Shown: piece by piece, positions 21,467 to 33,991 of the stretch | Numbering within the stretch: the first letter of the stretch is position 1 | Layout of the letters: each line of letters starts with the position of its first letter | From: the human T2T-CHM13v2.0 reference genome, Homo sapiens | Length of the DNA: 64,000 nt | Assembly: GCF_009914755.1 (NCBI RefSeq) | Contig: NC_060933.1 | Strand: one strand, 5' to 3' | Notes under the pieces: generated by a model | The model's input: only the letters and a program-made list of their open reading frames with translations | Told to the model about the DNA's origin: nothing | Databases searched by the model: none | Made by a program: the position numbers and the translations under genes

Positions 21467-24400
21467 TACATACATGATTGTTTATCTACAGATGTATGCC
21501 TCAGTTTCTTAGTATGCTTGAAAATGTATGATTTTGTGTATATCCGTGCTACATGTAAGTGTGGTTCTATTCATATTTGAATATGAATTCTGCATAAGTG
21601 TGTTTATTCAAGCAAATGTACAAGGCTCTGAGAAGGAAGATCAACATACAACTTGGAATATTTCAAGGCCGAAATATTCAAGGCTGACATTGGCCTCCTT
21701 CCTATCAGTTCCCTCTCCCAGATGGAAATTCTAGAAATGGCAGGTGAGGTGGACAAGCAGGGAAAGAAATTATATGCATAGAACAGAAGGAGAAGAAAGA
21801 GTAAAGTCAGGCCTCAGCCAGCCTCTTTTTAGCTCTTTAAATCCTCTGGATTTAAGAGGGATAAAGGGTGGAATAAGGATAAATTAATGCCAATTGTAAT
21901 GCCTTAAATTTGTGTGATACCTTACAACTTGAAACATATTCACAAAACTATATATTTGAATATCTCATTAGCTGAGTAAGGTAGCAAATCATAATTAACT
22001 TTTTCCATTTTATTGATGGGAAAGCTGAAGTTCAATGAAGTAAATTTTTCAATAGCCCACAGAGTAGGAAAGTGACAAAACCTGAGCCTGGGCCTCCAGG
22101 TCACTCAAGGACACTTTCTTTCTTCCACACCCAATTGCTTCATGCTTAAAGTTGGCAAAACAGGAAGTGAAACTCCTGCAGTTTTCTGTGTGGTTGACAC
22201 TAGCAAGGGTTTCTCAGTTGAAGCCATGAATCATTAAGCCAATACATATGCATATATGTTATACATACCAAATGATTTATTTATAACCCTATCTTTCCAT
22301 AAAGGACTTGAAGGAGCTTCAAACAAAGGATATGTGAACAATAGGGTTAATCAATAATAAGTAGAAAATCTGGACATAGAATAAAAAGAGGAGAGAAAGA
22401 CACCGAGAATGAGCGTTAATACAGTGCTTTCCATTTTTCTGGTGTTTTGAGTAGCGTGGCTTTTGGAGAAAGCCAAAACTCAAATTCACTCCTTATCAAC
22501 TGTGTGCCTTGGGCTCCATTTCTCTGAGAGTCTACTTAGCTCCAATGTAAAATAAGAATAGAACTATGACTTTGTAAGGTTGCTCTAAGGATTGAAAATC
22601 ATGTATTATGTTCAATACGGGGACACTGTCCTTATGGGTGAGTACTCCCCTAAGACTTTATTAAGAGGGCACTAGGAGAAGCACTGGGAGGTCTTCTCAG
22701 TAACAACACTAAAGTAATTGCTATTTTTCCAGCCTGTGGAACCACAGAAGTGACTGTAACTAAAATTAGACATTTCTTTCTGATTCATTCTCTACTCACG
22801 GGATTGTCAGACCCCAGTCTTCTTCTGGACTCTATAAACTTTTTAGAAATCATCAGCAGGCTCCTGGAGAAGCTTAAATGAACTCACACAATATGTGACA
22901 GTGAACTCCCTGGGAGAGTGAAAACCAAAGTCTAAGCCAGTGTCTCCATTTACTTGTGTGATTGTGGGCAAGTCATTCAAGTGCTTTGAGGCTCAGGTCT
23001 TAATTCATGAAATGGAGGTAATAATACCTTGTTGGCAGACCTCACTTGGTTAAAATGATAATGTTGATAGTTACAATAGTTACATTTAATTGATCAATTG
23101 TTTTATGCAAGGGCTTTATTTGTGCTATCTCAGTTTGTCACATCAATGAATTAGAAAGATACGAAAGTATTTCCAATTTACAAATGAGGAGTCTGAGTCT
23201 GGGAGTCATTCTGTCATGTGTCCACTGTCACCTGCTCATTGGTGGCAGCACTGAGATTAGGATCTAAGTCCACTTCACCGCAGAAGCAGGGCTTCTAAAT
23301 ACTGTTCTATGGCAAGAGCACCCTGCTCTCACAAAATGCATAAAACTTCCTATCTCACCATTATAATTTTGACTGATATTAAACAAAGAGAAGTATTATT
23401 ATTATTACTTGTTTTTATTTATATTACAGCTGTAAGAGCCAGGAAAAATGTGATCTAAGTTATGTGATCAAAGATTTTTTAACAGTGAACAAATCAGGCC
23501 CACTAGATGATGGCCTTTCTTTGAACAACATGCCTAGGGTTGCTCTATCATGTCTACAGTTGGTCTGACTTCCTGACGGGCATCACAGACTTGTGATTAA
23601 ACACAGAGGTTATGGGGGAAGTTCCAAAAGCTTAGGACTTTCCAGATGGTTGGAATAAGATCACACACTCTGGCTGCCCTTATGGAGATCACCGAACTTT
23701 TCAACTCAAAGTAAAATCTGTGGAGTAAATGGTCGATCAAAAGGAACCAACTATATTGAGCACCATGCGTGATCATCTGATCGTTACTGCTACCTTGTGA
23801 GTTAAAGGCTACTCTTCTCATTTTAGAAATGAGAAAAGAGATGCCCAGAGAGGACGAGTAACTTGCCTTAGGTCACACAGCTTATATTAATCACAATAAC
23901 ATTTGCCGCACCTTCTGTATTTTTTTTAAGTTGCTAAGCTTTTGGTGCATGTCTGGCACCGTTTTAGTTGTATATTATTTCATTTAATTGTTAAAATGAC
24001 CTTCTGATGCAGGTATTTGTAGCTTTGCCATTCCACAGATGAAGAAACAGATGAAAGGACTGAATTGTTCAATAGGAAGGAGCAGAATCAGGATATGAAC
24101 TTGGGTTGGCCTGATTCTTGGGGCTGCATTCTTTCCATAACATAATTGCTTGCTGTGATGTCCTGGGCTACTCTGCCAGGGGTGGTTAGTGGAGTGAATG
24201 GAGAATAATTTAGACAAGGTCAGTAACTCCCATGCCATCTAGAAATTAAAAGTTTAAAAGGCAGAGTCTGCAACTCTCCTTGATTTCTACAGAAATAAAG
24301 ATGATCCCTCCTGTGACAGTGCTAAGTGACAATTCTGAGTGTAAATGCGCTTTTTGGCACAAATTGTCCTGTCCTAATAGTCTTGATTATAATTATAAAA

Positions 24401-24969
24401 TAATGGGTTTCTGAAAGGCTGCAAGCAGTTCTGGGAATGGCAATAAAGGTTTAGAAATGACGTGATGTTTATGAGAGAAGTGTTTTGTTGAAAATTAAAC
24501 TCACGTTTAGGAGAAAGGATTGTGTTGTATGCTCCTAGGAAACTATCTCACTATGTAATTAAATCAAAACCAGCCAGTTACCAATTTGAGCTCTTGACTC
24601 ATACTAACAACACCCCATTTCCCATGGGCCAAGCAAGGCAGGACTGACCTGAAATAACCCAGCCTGACTCTATCCACAGCCACCCCAGGACCTTGCCCCT
24701 CCGTCTTCCTAGGGCTCGGCCGTGAGATGCTAGTGCATGACCCTTCCTCTTCCTGGGACTGTCCTTGTCTTTCCCTTTGGACTCTGGGAGGTCTGTTCTC
24801 CTCCTCAGAAAGGAATAAACACTCTTTCTATTTGTGGGATTCCCTAGGAGACACTATATAAAAATATAGAGTTAAAAAAACTATTTAAAAAAAAGACAAC
24901 TTCATGTCTCTACTCTGACTTCATTCTTTTTAAGATGGGTAACAAAGACTCTCTTCAAGGTTAGAAAAT

Positions 24970-25224
24970 TTTATTTTAATTTTTATAGATTTAGAGAGTG
25001 CAAATGCAGTTTTGTTACATGAATATATTGCATAATGGTTTAGTCTGGGCTGTTAGCGTAACCATCAACTGAACAGTGTACTTTGTACCTATTAGGTACT
25101 TTCTCATCCCTTAACCCCTTCCCACCTTTCTGAGTCCTCAATGTCTGTTATTTCATTCTCCATGTCCATGTCTACAAATTATTTAGTTTCCACTCATAAG
25201 TGAGAGCATGGATGGAACTGGAGA
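24970..25224 (-). mobile_element. L1MA-type 3' fragment with a short 5' inversion
   Basis: Antisense L1 (gcagttttgttacatgaatatattgcataatgg...cactcataagtgagagcatg), followed by sense L1 catggatggaactggaga. Confidence 0.7.
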
Positions 25225-28200
25225 AGAGTATTTTCTATCCCAAGATCGGTTCCTTGATCTTGTGTCTCCAAATCACTTGCTCTCTCTCTTACATCTTTTC
25301 TATCTTCTTCTAGCCTCTTTTTGCAAACTTCATTTTGACAAAGAATTCCAGGCAGTCTACAGCTGATTTTATTTCAATACAACGATTAAAATGGAAACCA
25401 TATATGAAGATGACAAAGTTGAGCAGGTCCCAAACTCTCACTTTTAAACAAATGCTTGGCTTAAGAATCACTTAATGACTTTCATTCTGCTATCTATGTG
25501 TCTGTGTATCTAGGTACTAATTATCTATCTTTATGATCTTTATTGCTAGAAATTCTGGTTCAATATCAGAGGTTAGTCCTAAGGAATTTATATTTTAAAA
25601 TATTCTCCCAGTTTTCATGCACAGACAGATTTGGGAATTACTGTTATAATGGAAAATGGAGAATAACCACCCACATTTAATATGGTTATTGGTTTTGTTC
25701 TTGAGATTTATTGCTAAGATTCATGATAGCCCAGGCAAGGTCAGATAATGTATTTTTATTTTACACTGTATAGTTGATTCTTCTCAATCCCACTAGATCA
25801 GACTCTTTGGGATACTAGGATTGGCCTATTTGATGGTGAGCTCACTACATCCATTTAGATGTTGTGTCCATGCAATCATTTTAGTTCTCCTAGTTTCTAC
25901 CTATCACGTTGTCATTTTCCCTTCTTTATCATCCTGGGTAGCTGAGACCCCACATAAATATATACCAGAAAAATGTTGTGGTCTTTTCTAAACTCTCTGA
26001 GGCATCTGTTGTCAATGTGATGTTGTTTTTTGTTTCCAGTCCAAAATATATCAAAGTAAAATTTAACTCCACTTTTGCTAAGTATTCATCTTGCCTTGAG
26101 TACTAAGATTCCAAAAATGACTTTCCCCTCTGAAAAACACAGGATTTCCTTGCGAAAACTTGCTGGGCCACTGCCAATCTTCCCAGAAACTCCTTTTTCC
26201 TTATCGTTGAGGGGAATTGGGGAAGTGATCACTGACGGTTGAAATTCAGTAGTTTTGGTCTTTAAGCTGAGACCCTGAGTCTTCTGAGGAGTCTACTGCT
26301 CCCCAGTGGGAAACACCTGCTGTCAAAATTTTCCTGCTTGCAAAGAGCACTTTTGAAATTAATGGCAGGGGATGAATATCTGGCTAGTGCTGTGCTCAGC
26401 TGAGTTATTAATAGGGCCTTCTGAGTCCTCTCTACACATCATCTTTGGCTGAATTAGCTGTGGTTTCAGCACCTGAGAGTCTAGCACCACTAAAGGCAGG
26501 GAATACCTTTGCCAGTTTCTGGCATATTAACAGCTGAGATCAGATAAGTGAACAGCGATAGAGGTAGTGAGGTTTAGGATTCAGGTCTGCCACCGGGAGC
26601 GCACCTCTGGGCTCAGGTCTCTCATTTGTAAAATGGGACATTTAGGTCAGATCAGCATTTTCAAAAGTGTGACATGTTAGTAAATAAGATGATTTTATGT
26701 GGTTGACAGATGAATGTATTACCTTTAGTGGTTATATGTTTATTTTCATGGTTACTTTTATTTATAATAAATTTTGTGACTAGCTAAGAATCAATTATCT
26801 CTTTAAAATATATTTAAGTTTAAAATGTGGGCCAACTTAGGAAAAAAACGGGATGAAATGAATTATATAAAAGGTATGCAGATTTGGAAAAATTTTGAAG
26901 GTGTCACAAGAAAGATTGGCAGTCAGAAAGGAATGAACCAAACGGCTGCTGAGGGTCAGGCCAGCTCTCTGACATTCTAGCATGTTCACATCTCCAGGGC
27001 TGTTTCCTTACCTATAAATTGTGGCAATTGGAGTAAATGTCCATTCCAGGAATTCTATTCTATGATTAGAGGTGTAACTTCATCATCCAGATTTTCCAGC
27101 ATCCTTAACATGTGGTTTTAGCGTTCTAAACCTGATGATGCTATATCAAAACGGGAGACTCATTCGTCAAGTCATGATGTATCCATGTATTTATAATATT
27201 TCCCATGTTCCCTCATTTCTGAAAAGGATTAAGCTATCAACCCCATTGAGTTATAGGTGAAAGGCTGTGGAAACAAGACATTGATAGTGAAATGGCTCCA
27301 CCACTAACAGGCTGTTGAACAAAGGCAAATCTCTTGATCTCTTTGCTCTTTGGTCTCTGTTTATCTATGAGATAACGTTATTTTTACGCTGTCTTCTGTG
27401 AAAGTTTTGAGAATGAAATGAGACAGAGCCTCCAATAAAATTTAGGGAAGTGCTACATAAATGCAAGGAGTTATTATGATAACAGATTGAAAACTCCTCC
27501 AAGGAGGAGTTTCTCTTTTGCCCCATGTTATAAACTCAAGAATATCTTCCATTTTGCCTACATATTCCAAAAGCTTTTAAATTAAGCTATATGTCATTCT
27601 TACAGGAGTCTCCTCTATTTCAGCAATGTGTATACTTGGTCAGTTTTAATTATCTTAAAGGAGAAGAATACAGTTTCTCTAAACTCAAGCACTTTTGTGG
27701 ACTAATCCTTGCAATTATTCTTTCTTCTTTCCCATACTTGACATTTAAAGTGATATCTCCCAGGCTCCTACACTGTTAGTCACAGAGGTACCATTCGACC
27801 CCTTGTGCCTCTTACCATATGTGAATGCTTGTCAGTTGAGAGTAAACTTTCTTCATAAATTTCACAGTTGTGGATTGATAAAAACAGAGAACTCTGGTTC
27901 CTCATTCCTTCCTGCTTTCTTTCTTGAAATGCCATTCATGATGGTCCCTTATATCACTATAGGGCTGCTATCATCCTTCATCCTTATGCCACTGCAAATA
28001 GCAACCAACAGTGTCCTTAGTGCCAGCACTCCCAGGCATGCCCCTTTCCAAGCAGCAGGGTCAAGCCGCTCCCTTCCTGAGCTGTGGCATCTGTCTCTAA
28101 ATCATGCTTCCTCCTTGCCTGCTGCAGGCCCTTGTCTCTGCCCTTTACTTTTTCTGGCTCTTGCCACGGTTTTGAATAAAACTCTTCCAAATATCTGAAG

Positions 28201-28589
28201 CTCAATTCTGTTGCCATTCTAAGCTCTCTAAATGTCACCACAATCTTCCTTCCTTTGCATTTTCTTATTGTGCACTAAGTTAGTTCTTGCTTAGTAAGTC
28301 TTGTCTTTCTCTCTGCTTTGACCTGTCAGTATTCCAACTTCCTTATTTTTTGATGTTCATTTTCTCCTTGCTCTCTTTCTTCCTTTCTTGTCTGTGAACT
28401 CCATTAACCGCTTCTGCATGTGACCATTAATGTGCCTGTCTTTCTTCTCATGTATTAGAGAGAACAAAAGCTTTGGGAATCAGACAGATCTGTGTTCTGA
28501 TCCTGTCTTATGGTATCTGTCTTGTTTGTCTCGGCTTAAAATGGGGATAATATCTACCTCTCAGTTTTGTTGGCAGTTCAGTACACGGA

Positions 28590-28595
28590 AATAAA
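28590..28595 (+). terminator. Candidate distal polyadenylation signal of TLR4
   Basis: AATAAA followed by T-rich and GT-rich downstream sequence (gagtgttctttatttt). Confidence 0.5.
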
Positions 28596-28773
28596 GTTCT
28601 CACTTTCTTTTTTCTCCTTGAGAGTGTTCTTTATTTTACTCATCTGGCCATCTAATATTTATGAAGAAGCTACTCTGTGGTTGAAAAGGCACATGAAGCT
28701 GCAGAAGTAAATGACCAAGAAGTGCCCTCAAAGTTACGGAGTTCAGATTCATTTTGGCAAGAGAGGCATGTCA

Positions 28774-28775
<2 letters not shown>

Positions 28776-28820
<45 letters not shown>
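28776..28820. repeat. (CA)~22 microsatellite
   Basis: Perfect dinucleotide run. Confidence 0.97.
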
Positions 28821-28822
<2 letters not shown>

Positions 28823-29606
28823 GTTATGCCAAAATGCAGGGTGGTGGGGAGTGGAGGGTTGTTCTTCCTAGAAGCAATCAGAGAAGGCTTTACAGAGGAG
28901 GGCCCATTTGAGCTGGAAATTGTAAAAGAACAGCTCTGCAGATGGATCTTTAAATTCTTAACCTAAAAGAAGAGCAAAAATGTAAATGATAAATCTGGGA
29001 AGTAATAAGTAGAAGACCATGTATAGCAGAGTTGAGGAAAGAAACAATATAGTATAAATACTGAATTACATGAAAGCTAATAGTTAATTGGCATCAGTTG
29101 ACCCTGACAAAGACATTTATCTGGACTATGTCTCAATTTGCTTATCTGTCAGTTAAGGATGATATATTAAATGAGTGCTTATACAAACAAAGTGCTTAAA
29201 ACAGTGCAAGGCACTTCACAGTCATCAAAAATGCTAATTTTTTGTGTGCTTTCATTATGAAATGGGGAGCATACAGCCCGACAGAAGCCTAGGTAATGTC
29301 TCAGCATTAAGCCCACTGGTTTGTGGTGCCTTGCATTTAGGAGGCCCAAGTCCTTATCCTGGTGTTGATACAAACTTCCTGTGTGACACTGGGAAGCTAT
29401 AACTCAGTCTTGACATAATACAACTTGTTCTTCGGCTTCAAAAACTTTCCCAGAATTGGAGTGACCCTACCCTCCCTTTCAAGAAACAGACAAACATCCT
29501 AGAATGTTACAACATAAGGGTTGAAGAAGCTGTTGTTAAGTGATCATCTTGTTACCACAAAATTGTTAAACTGCATAACAGAGTTATGCAATTTCTTCTT
29601 CCCCTA

Positions 29607-29945
29607 TTTTTTATTTTATTTTTCCATAAGGTATTGGTATTTCATTACATGAGTAAGTTCTTTAGTGGTGACTTGTGAAATTTTGGTGCACCCGTCACCC
29701 AAGCAATATACACTGCACCATATTTGTAGTCTGTTATCCCTCTCCCTCTTGCCACTCACAGCATTTGGGGTGTCTTCTGGGTCCTGCAGGAGCAGTCCAC
29801 TTCCTTGAGAGGTTTTGTGGGTCCTCTTGGGAATGTTGGTTTGTTCTTGCAGTCAATTTGGAGCTAAAATTCACAATGCAAGCCTCTGGATGCTGCTCTG
29901 TCTGGAGCTGCAATCTAGTCCTGACTCCTCTCTGCCATGATCCCC
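29607..29945 (-). mobile_element. L1PB element: 5' end joined directly to the 3' end and A-tail
   Basis: The minus strand begins gggatcatggcagagaggagtcaggactagattgcagctcc (L1PBa-like 5' end). It ends gggtgcaccaaaatttcacaagtcaccactaaagaacttactcatgtaa...tatggaaaaataaaataaaaa (L1PB 3' end). Confidence 0.7.
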
Positions 29946-30489
29946 TCCATACACCTTCTTCTCTTATTTTTATGCCAATGAGTGAAGGCCTCAACCTGGC
30001 CTTCCCTGCCTCTTAGTTAGCCTCCTGTTCTGCCTGATGTCACAAGGATAGTGAGAGGCATGGTCTGGATTTGAACCAGATCTACCTGTTCCCACTGCAC
30101 CATGCTGACTTTGTATGAAGAAGCCACCAGGCTAGTGGTGGTGGTGGTGGTAGTAGCAGTAGTGAAATTCTATTGATAATACTACCTCTACCAATAATAA
30201 TAAAAAAGGGGAGAGATGGAGGAAAAGGGGTGGAGAATCAAGTGAGGAATCAACTGGAGCAGTTCTACTTGATTCTGTTTTATGTTTTGGGTTTCTTGTT
30301 GACGGTTTAGCTTTTGTGATCTTAATTTTTGTTCTTTTTTGTTTGTTTTTGTCATTTCCAAAACTTCTGCTCAGCTTTCTATCCACTATAGGGATTCTTT
30401 CTACTACCACAAAACAATAACAATAAAGATCATAATAATGAAAAAATACAACATTCTTAAGTCCATTTATACCAAGTGAAACAGTCTTT

Positions 30490-30720
30490 TAGCAGTTTTC
30501 ACGAACCAGGCACTACGTTAGGTGTTTTACGTGCATGATCCCATTTAATATTCCCAACCACTCTGTGAGGCAGGTGTCTTCATCGCCATTTGGCAGAGGA
30601 GGATACTGAGGCTAAGGGAGTTTGAACCGATCCATCCAAACAACTTAGCTAGTAAATTACAGATAGTAAGATGGAAGATTAGAACCCATATGTGCCTAAT
30701 TCCAAAAGCTGAGCTCTTCA
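30490..30720. mobile_element. MIR SINE
   Basis: ccaggcactacgttaggtgttttacgtgcatgatcccatttaat...gaggatactgaggctaagggagttt. Confidence 0.65.
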
Positions 30721-31432
30721 ATCCTACCCTGAAATATCTCCTAAGTATGATTGTTCAGATTATGCTAAAAAATCCAGTGACAGAGCTGATTATTTCCTCA
30801 AATGTCTCATTTATTGTTTGGCAGCTCTGATGACAGATATAAAGATGGAGATACATAAACTGACTACATCAGTCCGCCTATGCATGAGAGTTGGCCCATT
30901 ATTTTCACCTGTGATATGGAATAAGAACCAAGAGTTTTTTTTTACATGCATTTGGATATGATATAAAGGCTTGCTATTGGAGTTGGATCCTGCCCTTTTC
31001 TCACCAGGAGATTCTGGCTGGCTTGGAGCAGAAAGCCTTTGTTCTGGGGTAGCAACACCAATATTCTGCCTAGGAGAAGCCTCCTGCAGAGTCTTTCTCT
31101 TTTTTTCAGCTTTGTTTGACCCTCAGTAAGGTGCTACTTGAGCTTTCTGGGAGGTAGAAAATGTTAAATGGATGTACACAGATATCCCCTCCTTTGTAAG
31201 TTCCATGGGAAATGTTTTAAAATGGGTTCATTGCTGTCTCCCAGTACACTGGGGTAGTGGAATACAATGTGTTTTTACGAAATGGGTGATGGATGTCATA
31301 TACTCAGCATGGTGCTTGACACATGCTGTGTGGTCTCAACATGTGGTCAGCTTCAGTAACTAGCTGATAAGCAAGTGTTAGGGCAGTAGAATGAATTTCT
31401 CATAGGCATGGAAACTAGAAAGGCAACCAAGA

Positions 31433-31786
<354 letters not shown>

Positions 31787-32247
31787 TTATCCAGAACACT
31801 GTCTATTAATTTAAAAATGTTGACTGAGCTCATCCTACCTGCCAGCCCCTGAAGAGGAATGCCAGAAAAATCCAAATAAAGTATGACCTCCATGCTCAGG
31901 AGGGTCAAGTCTAACTGTGCAGACAGGGAAGAGCAGTATCCTGGGTACATTTCTAAAAGTGTATGCAAAGTATATTGGGTCATCTGGCAGCCAACTGACA
32001 ATAAGTTTGCATTTCTGGAGAGCTTCCTCCATGCACAACACTCTTCAAAGTGCTTAAGTGAATTAATTAATCTACTCCACTCTAAAGATAGGAAACTTAG
32101 GCACAGTGCAGCTAAGAACCCCACCTTAGAGCATTACAAATCCAGAGGTCACAGAAGCAGGATTTGAACTAATCTGAGACAGATTTGAGCTCTTACCATA
32201 CTTCTATCTACTTCTAGGAAATACAATAAAATAAAACACAACTGGGA

Positions 32248-32522
32248 GGCCAGGCATGGTGGCTCACAGCTGTAATCCTAGCACTTTGGGAGGCTGAGGC
32301 GGGCAGACCACTTGAGGCCAGGAGTTCAAGACCAGCCTGGCCAACATGATGAAACCCCATCTCTACCAAAAATACAAAAATTAGCTGAGCGTCATGGTGC
32401 AAAGGTGGCTGAGGCACGAGAATCACCTGAATCTGGGAGGCGGAGGTTGTAGTGAGCCAAGGTTGAACCATTGCACTTCAGCCTGGGTGACAGAGCAAGA
32501 CTCCATTTCAGGAAAAAGAAAA
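32248..32522 (+). mobile_element. Alu (old S/J), small deletion in the right arm
   Basis: ggccaggcatggtggctcac...gaggccaggagttcaagaccagcctgg...cagcctgggtgacagagcaagactcc. Confidence 0.93.
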
Positions 32523-33956
32523 TCTTTATATCAACCCCATCCATTGGCAATATTGCCCTCCTCTTTTTAAAATAAAAAAATGTTAAAATTGGGGAAATAT
32601 ATACTGTGTGGCCACCATGACCCTGTTCCAGCAGGGACAAAAACAATGGGAAAAAAAAGCATGATTCTTAATCTCTTGGTAGGAGTTGATGATTTAGGTG
32701 ACAGAGGGACAGACATGTAAACAAGTGGCTATATTGTAGTGTGACATACATGAGGTAAAGATTAGTGATTTGGGGTTTGGTGACAGACAGACCTAAATCA
32801 CTGATCTACCACATAGAAGCTGTGTGACCTGGGGCAGGTTACGCTACTTAACCCTTCTGTTCCTAAGTTTCATCATCTAGTCTGGTACATTGAGGATACT
32901 GCAGATGTTTGCCTCAGAGAATTATAATGGGATAAAATACATTAATATGATGAATAGAAATTAATTGGCACACCATCATATAGTAAGCACTTAAATTTGT
33001 GATACCTATTATTACAATTGTTTTTAATAGTAAAAATAAAGGTGAGATAAAGAAGAAAAAAATTAGAAGGACAGCAGCAGGGAAGACCCAGAAGGGCCTG
33101 GAATGTCTCTTAAGGTGTTTAGAAATACTGAAGTTCTTTATTCTAGGGAGGGAAAAGATCGGAAATGAGATGTAACTCTGTTACTCAGGGGATGGTGTGG
33201 TGGGTGGATTGAAACGGAAAAGACTGGCCCTAGGAACCCATCAAAAGAACGTGGAGACTTTACCCTCAATTGCTTTGATGAATGTCAAAGAGATTCCTGA
33301 TCTTGTTAGAAAATGAACTCAAAAATCACGAGACATAGATACTATAGCCCTTTTTAGCTCTGTCCCACAAAGCATGGAGTGGGACTTTCAGGGCCAGAAA
33401 CACAATCTGTTCTTTTAGAGAGTTGGTAGCAACTGTGATGTCTCCTGTGGCCTGACCCAACAACTTGGGCTCCACTCATTTATCTCAATAGCTCAGGCAA
33501 TAGATATATATAGAACAGTGGTGACAACAGGCAGAAGGTAATTTAATTTGAGCAAAAGCCTCAAGTGGAAGAGACAGGAGGAGGTCCTTCTGAATGGAAA
33601 TGCCTAACATGTACGACTTTGGTTTTTTTTTTTTTTTTTTTTTTTTTTGGTATCCCCTAGCAAAGGCTCAGTCTCATCACGTATCAGGTTGTATTTGACC
33701 AAACACCAGAGGGAAAAGAGAAACAATCTAGGCCCGTGGTTATGAAAGGAAAAACGAACCTCTTCTGAAAAAAGAAAAAAAATACATGCGTCTTAGTCCC
33801 TTGGTAGGTTTGAAAGAGGAGAATAAGATTATCGGTAATTCTCATGCTATCATTTACTTCCTATGAGCTGACAAGTCATTCTCTCCTAGATCCCCTAAAC
33901 TCGCCCCAGAATATATTAGCCAGAGGACAAGGGGACAGGCTCACTTAGACTGTAAT

Positions 33957-33991
33957 TGTGTGTGTGTGTGTGTGTGTGTATGTGTGTGTGT
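33957..33991. repeat. (TG)n microsatellite
   Basis: Near-perfect TG run with one TA interruption. Confidence 0.93.

Larger units (their letters stand above)
18535..28620 (+). other. TLR4: TLR4 3'UTR, longest extent; shorter forms likely
   Basis: AATAAA at 18543, 18708, 18816, 19885, 21299, 21331 and 28590. The distal end is based on my recollection of a ~20-kb annotated gene span, which fits the 28590 signal. Confidence 0.5.

Noticed and set aside
27803-28198. 131-aa ORF downstream of the TLR4 CDS
   Set aside because: TTG start, no homology that I recognise and no splice support.
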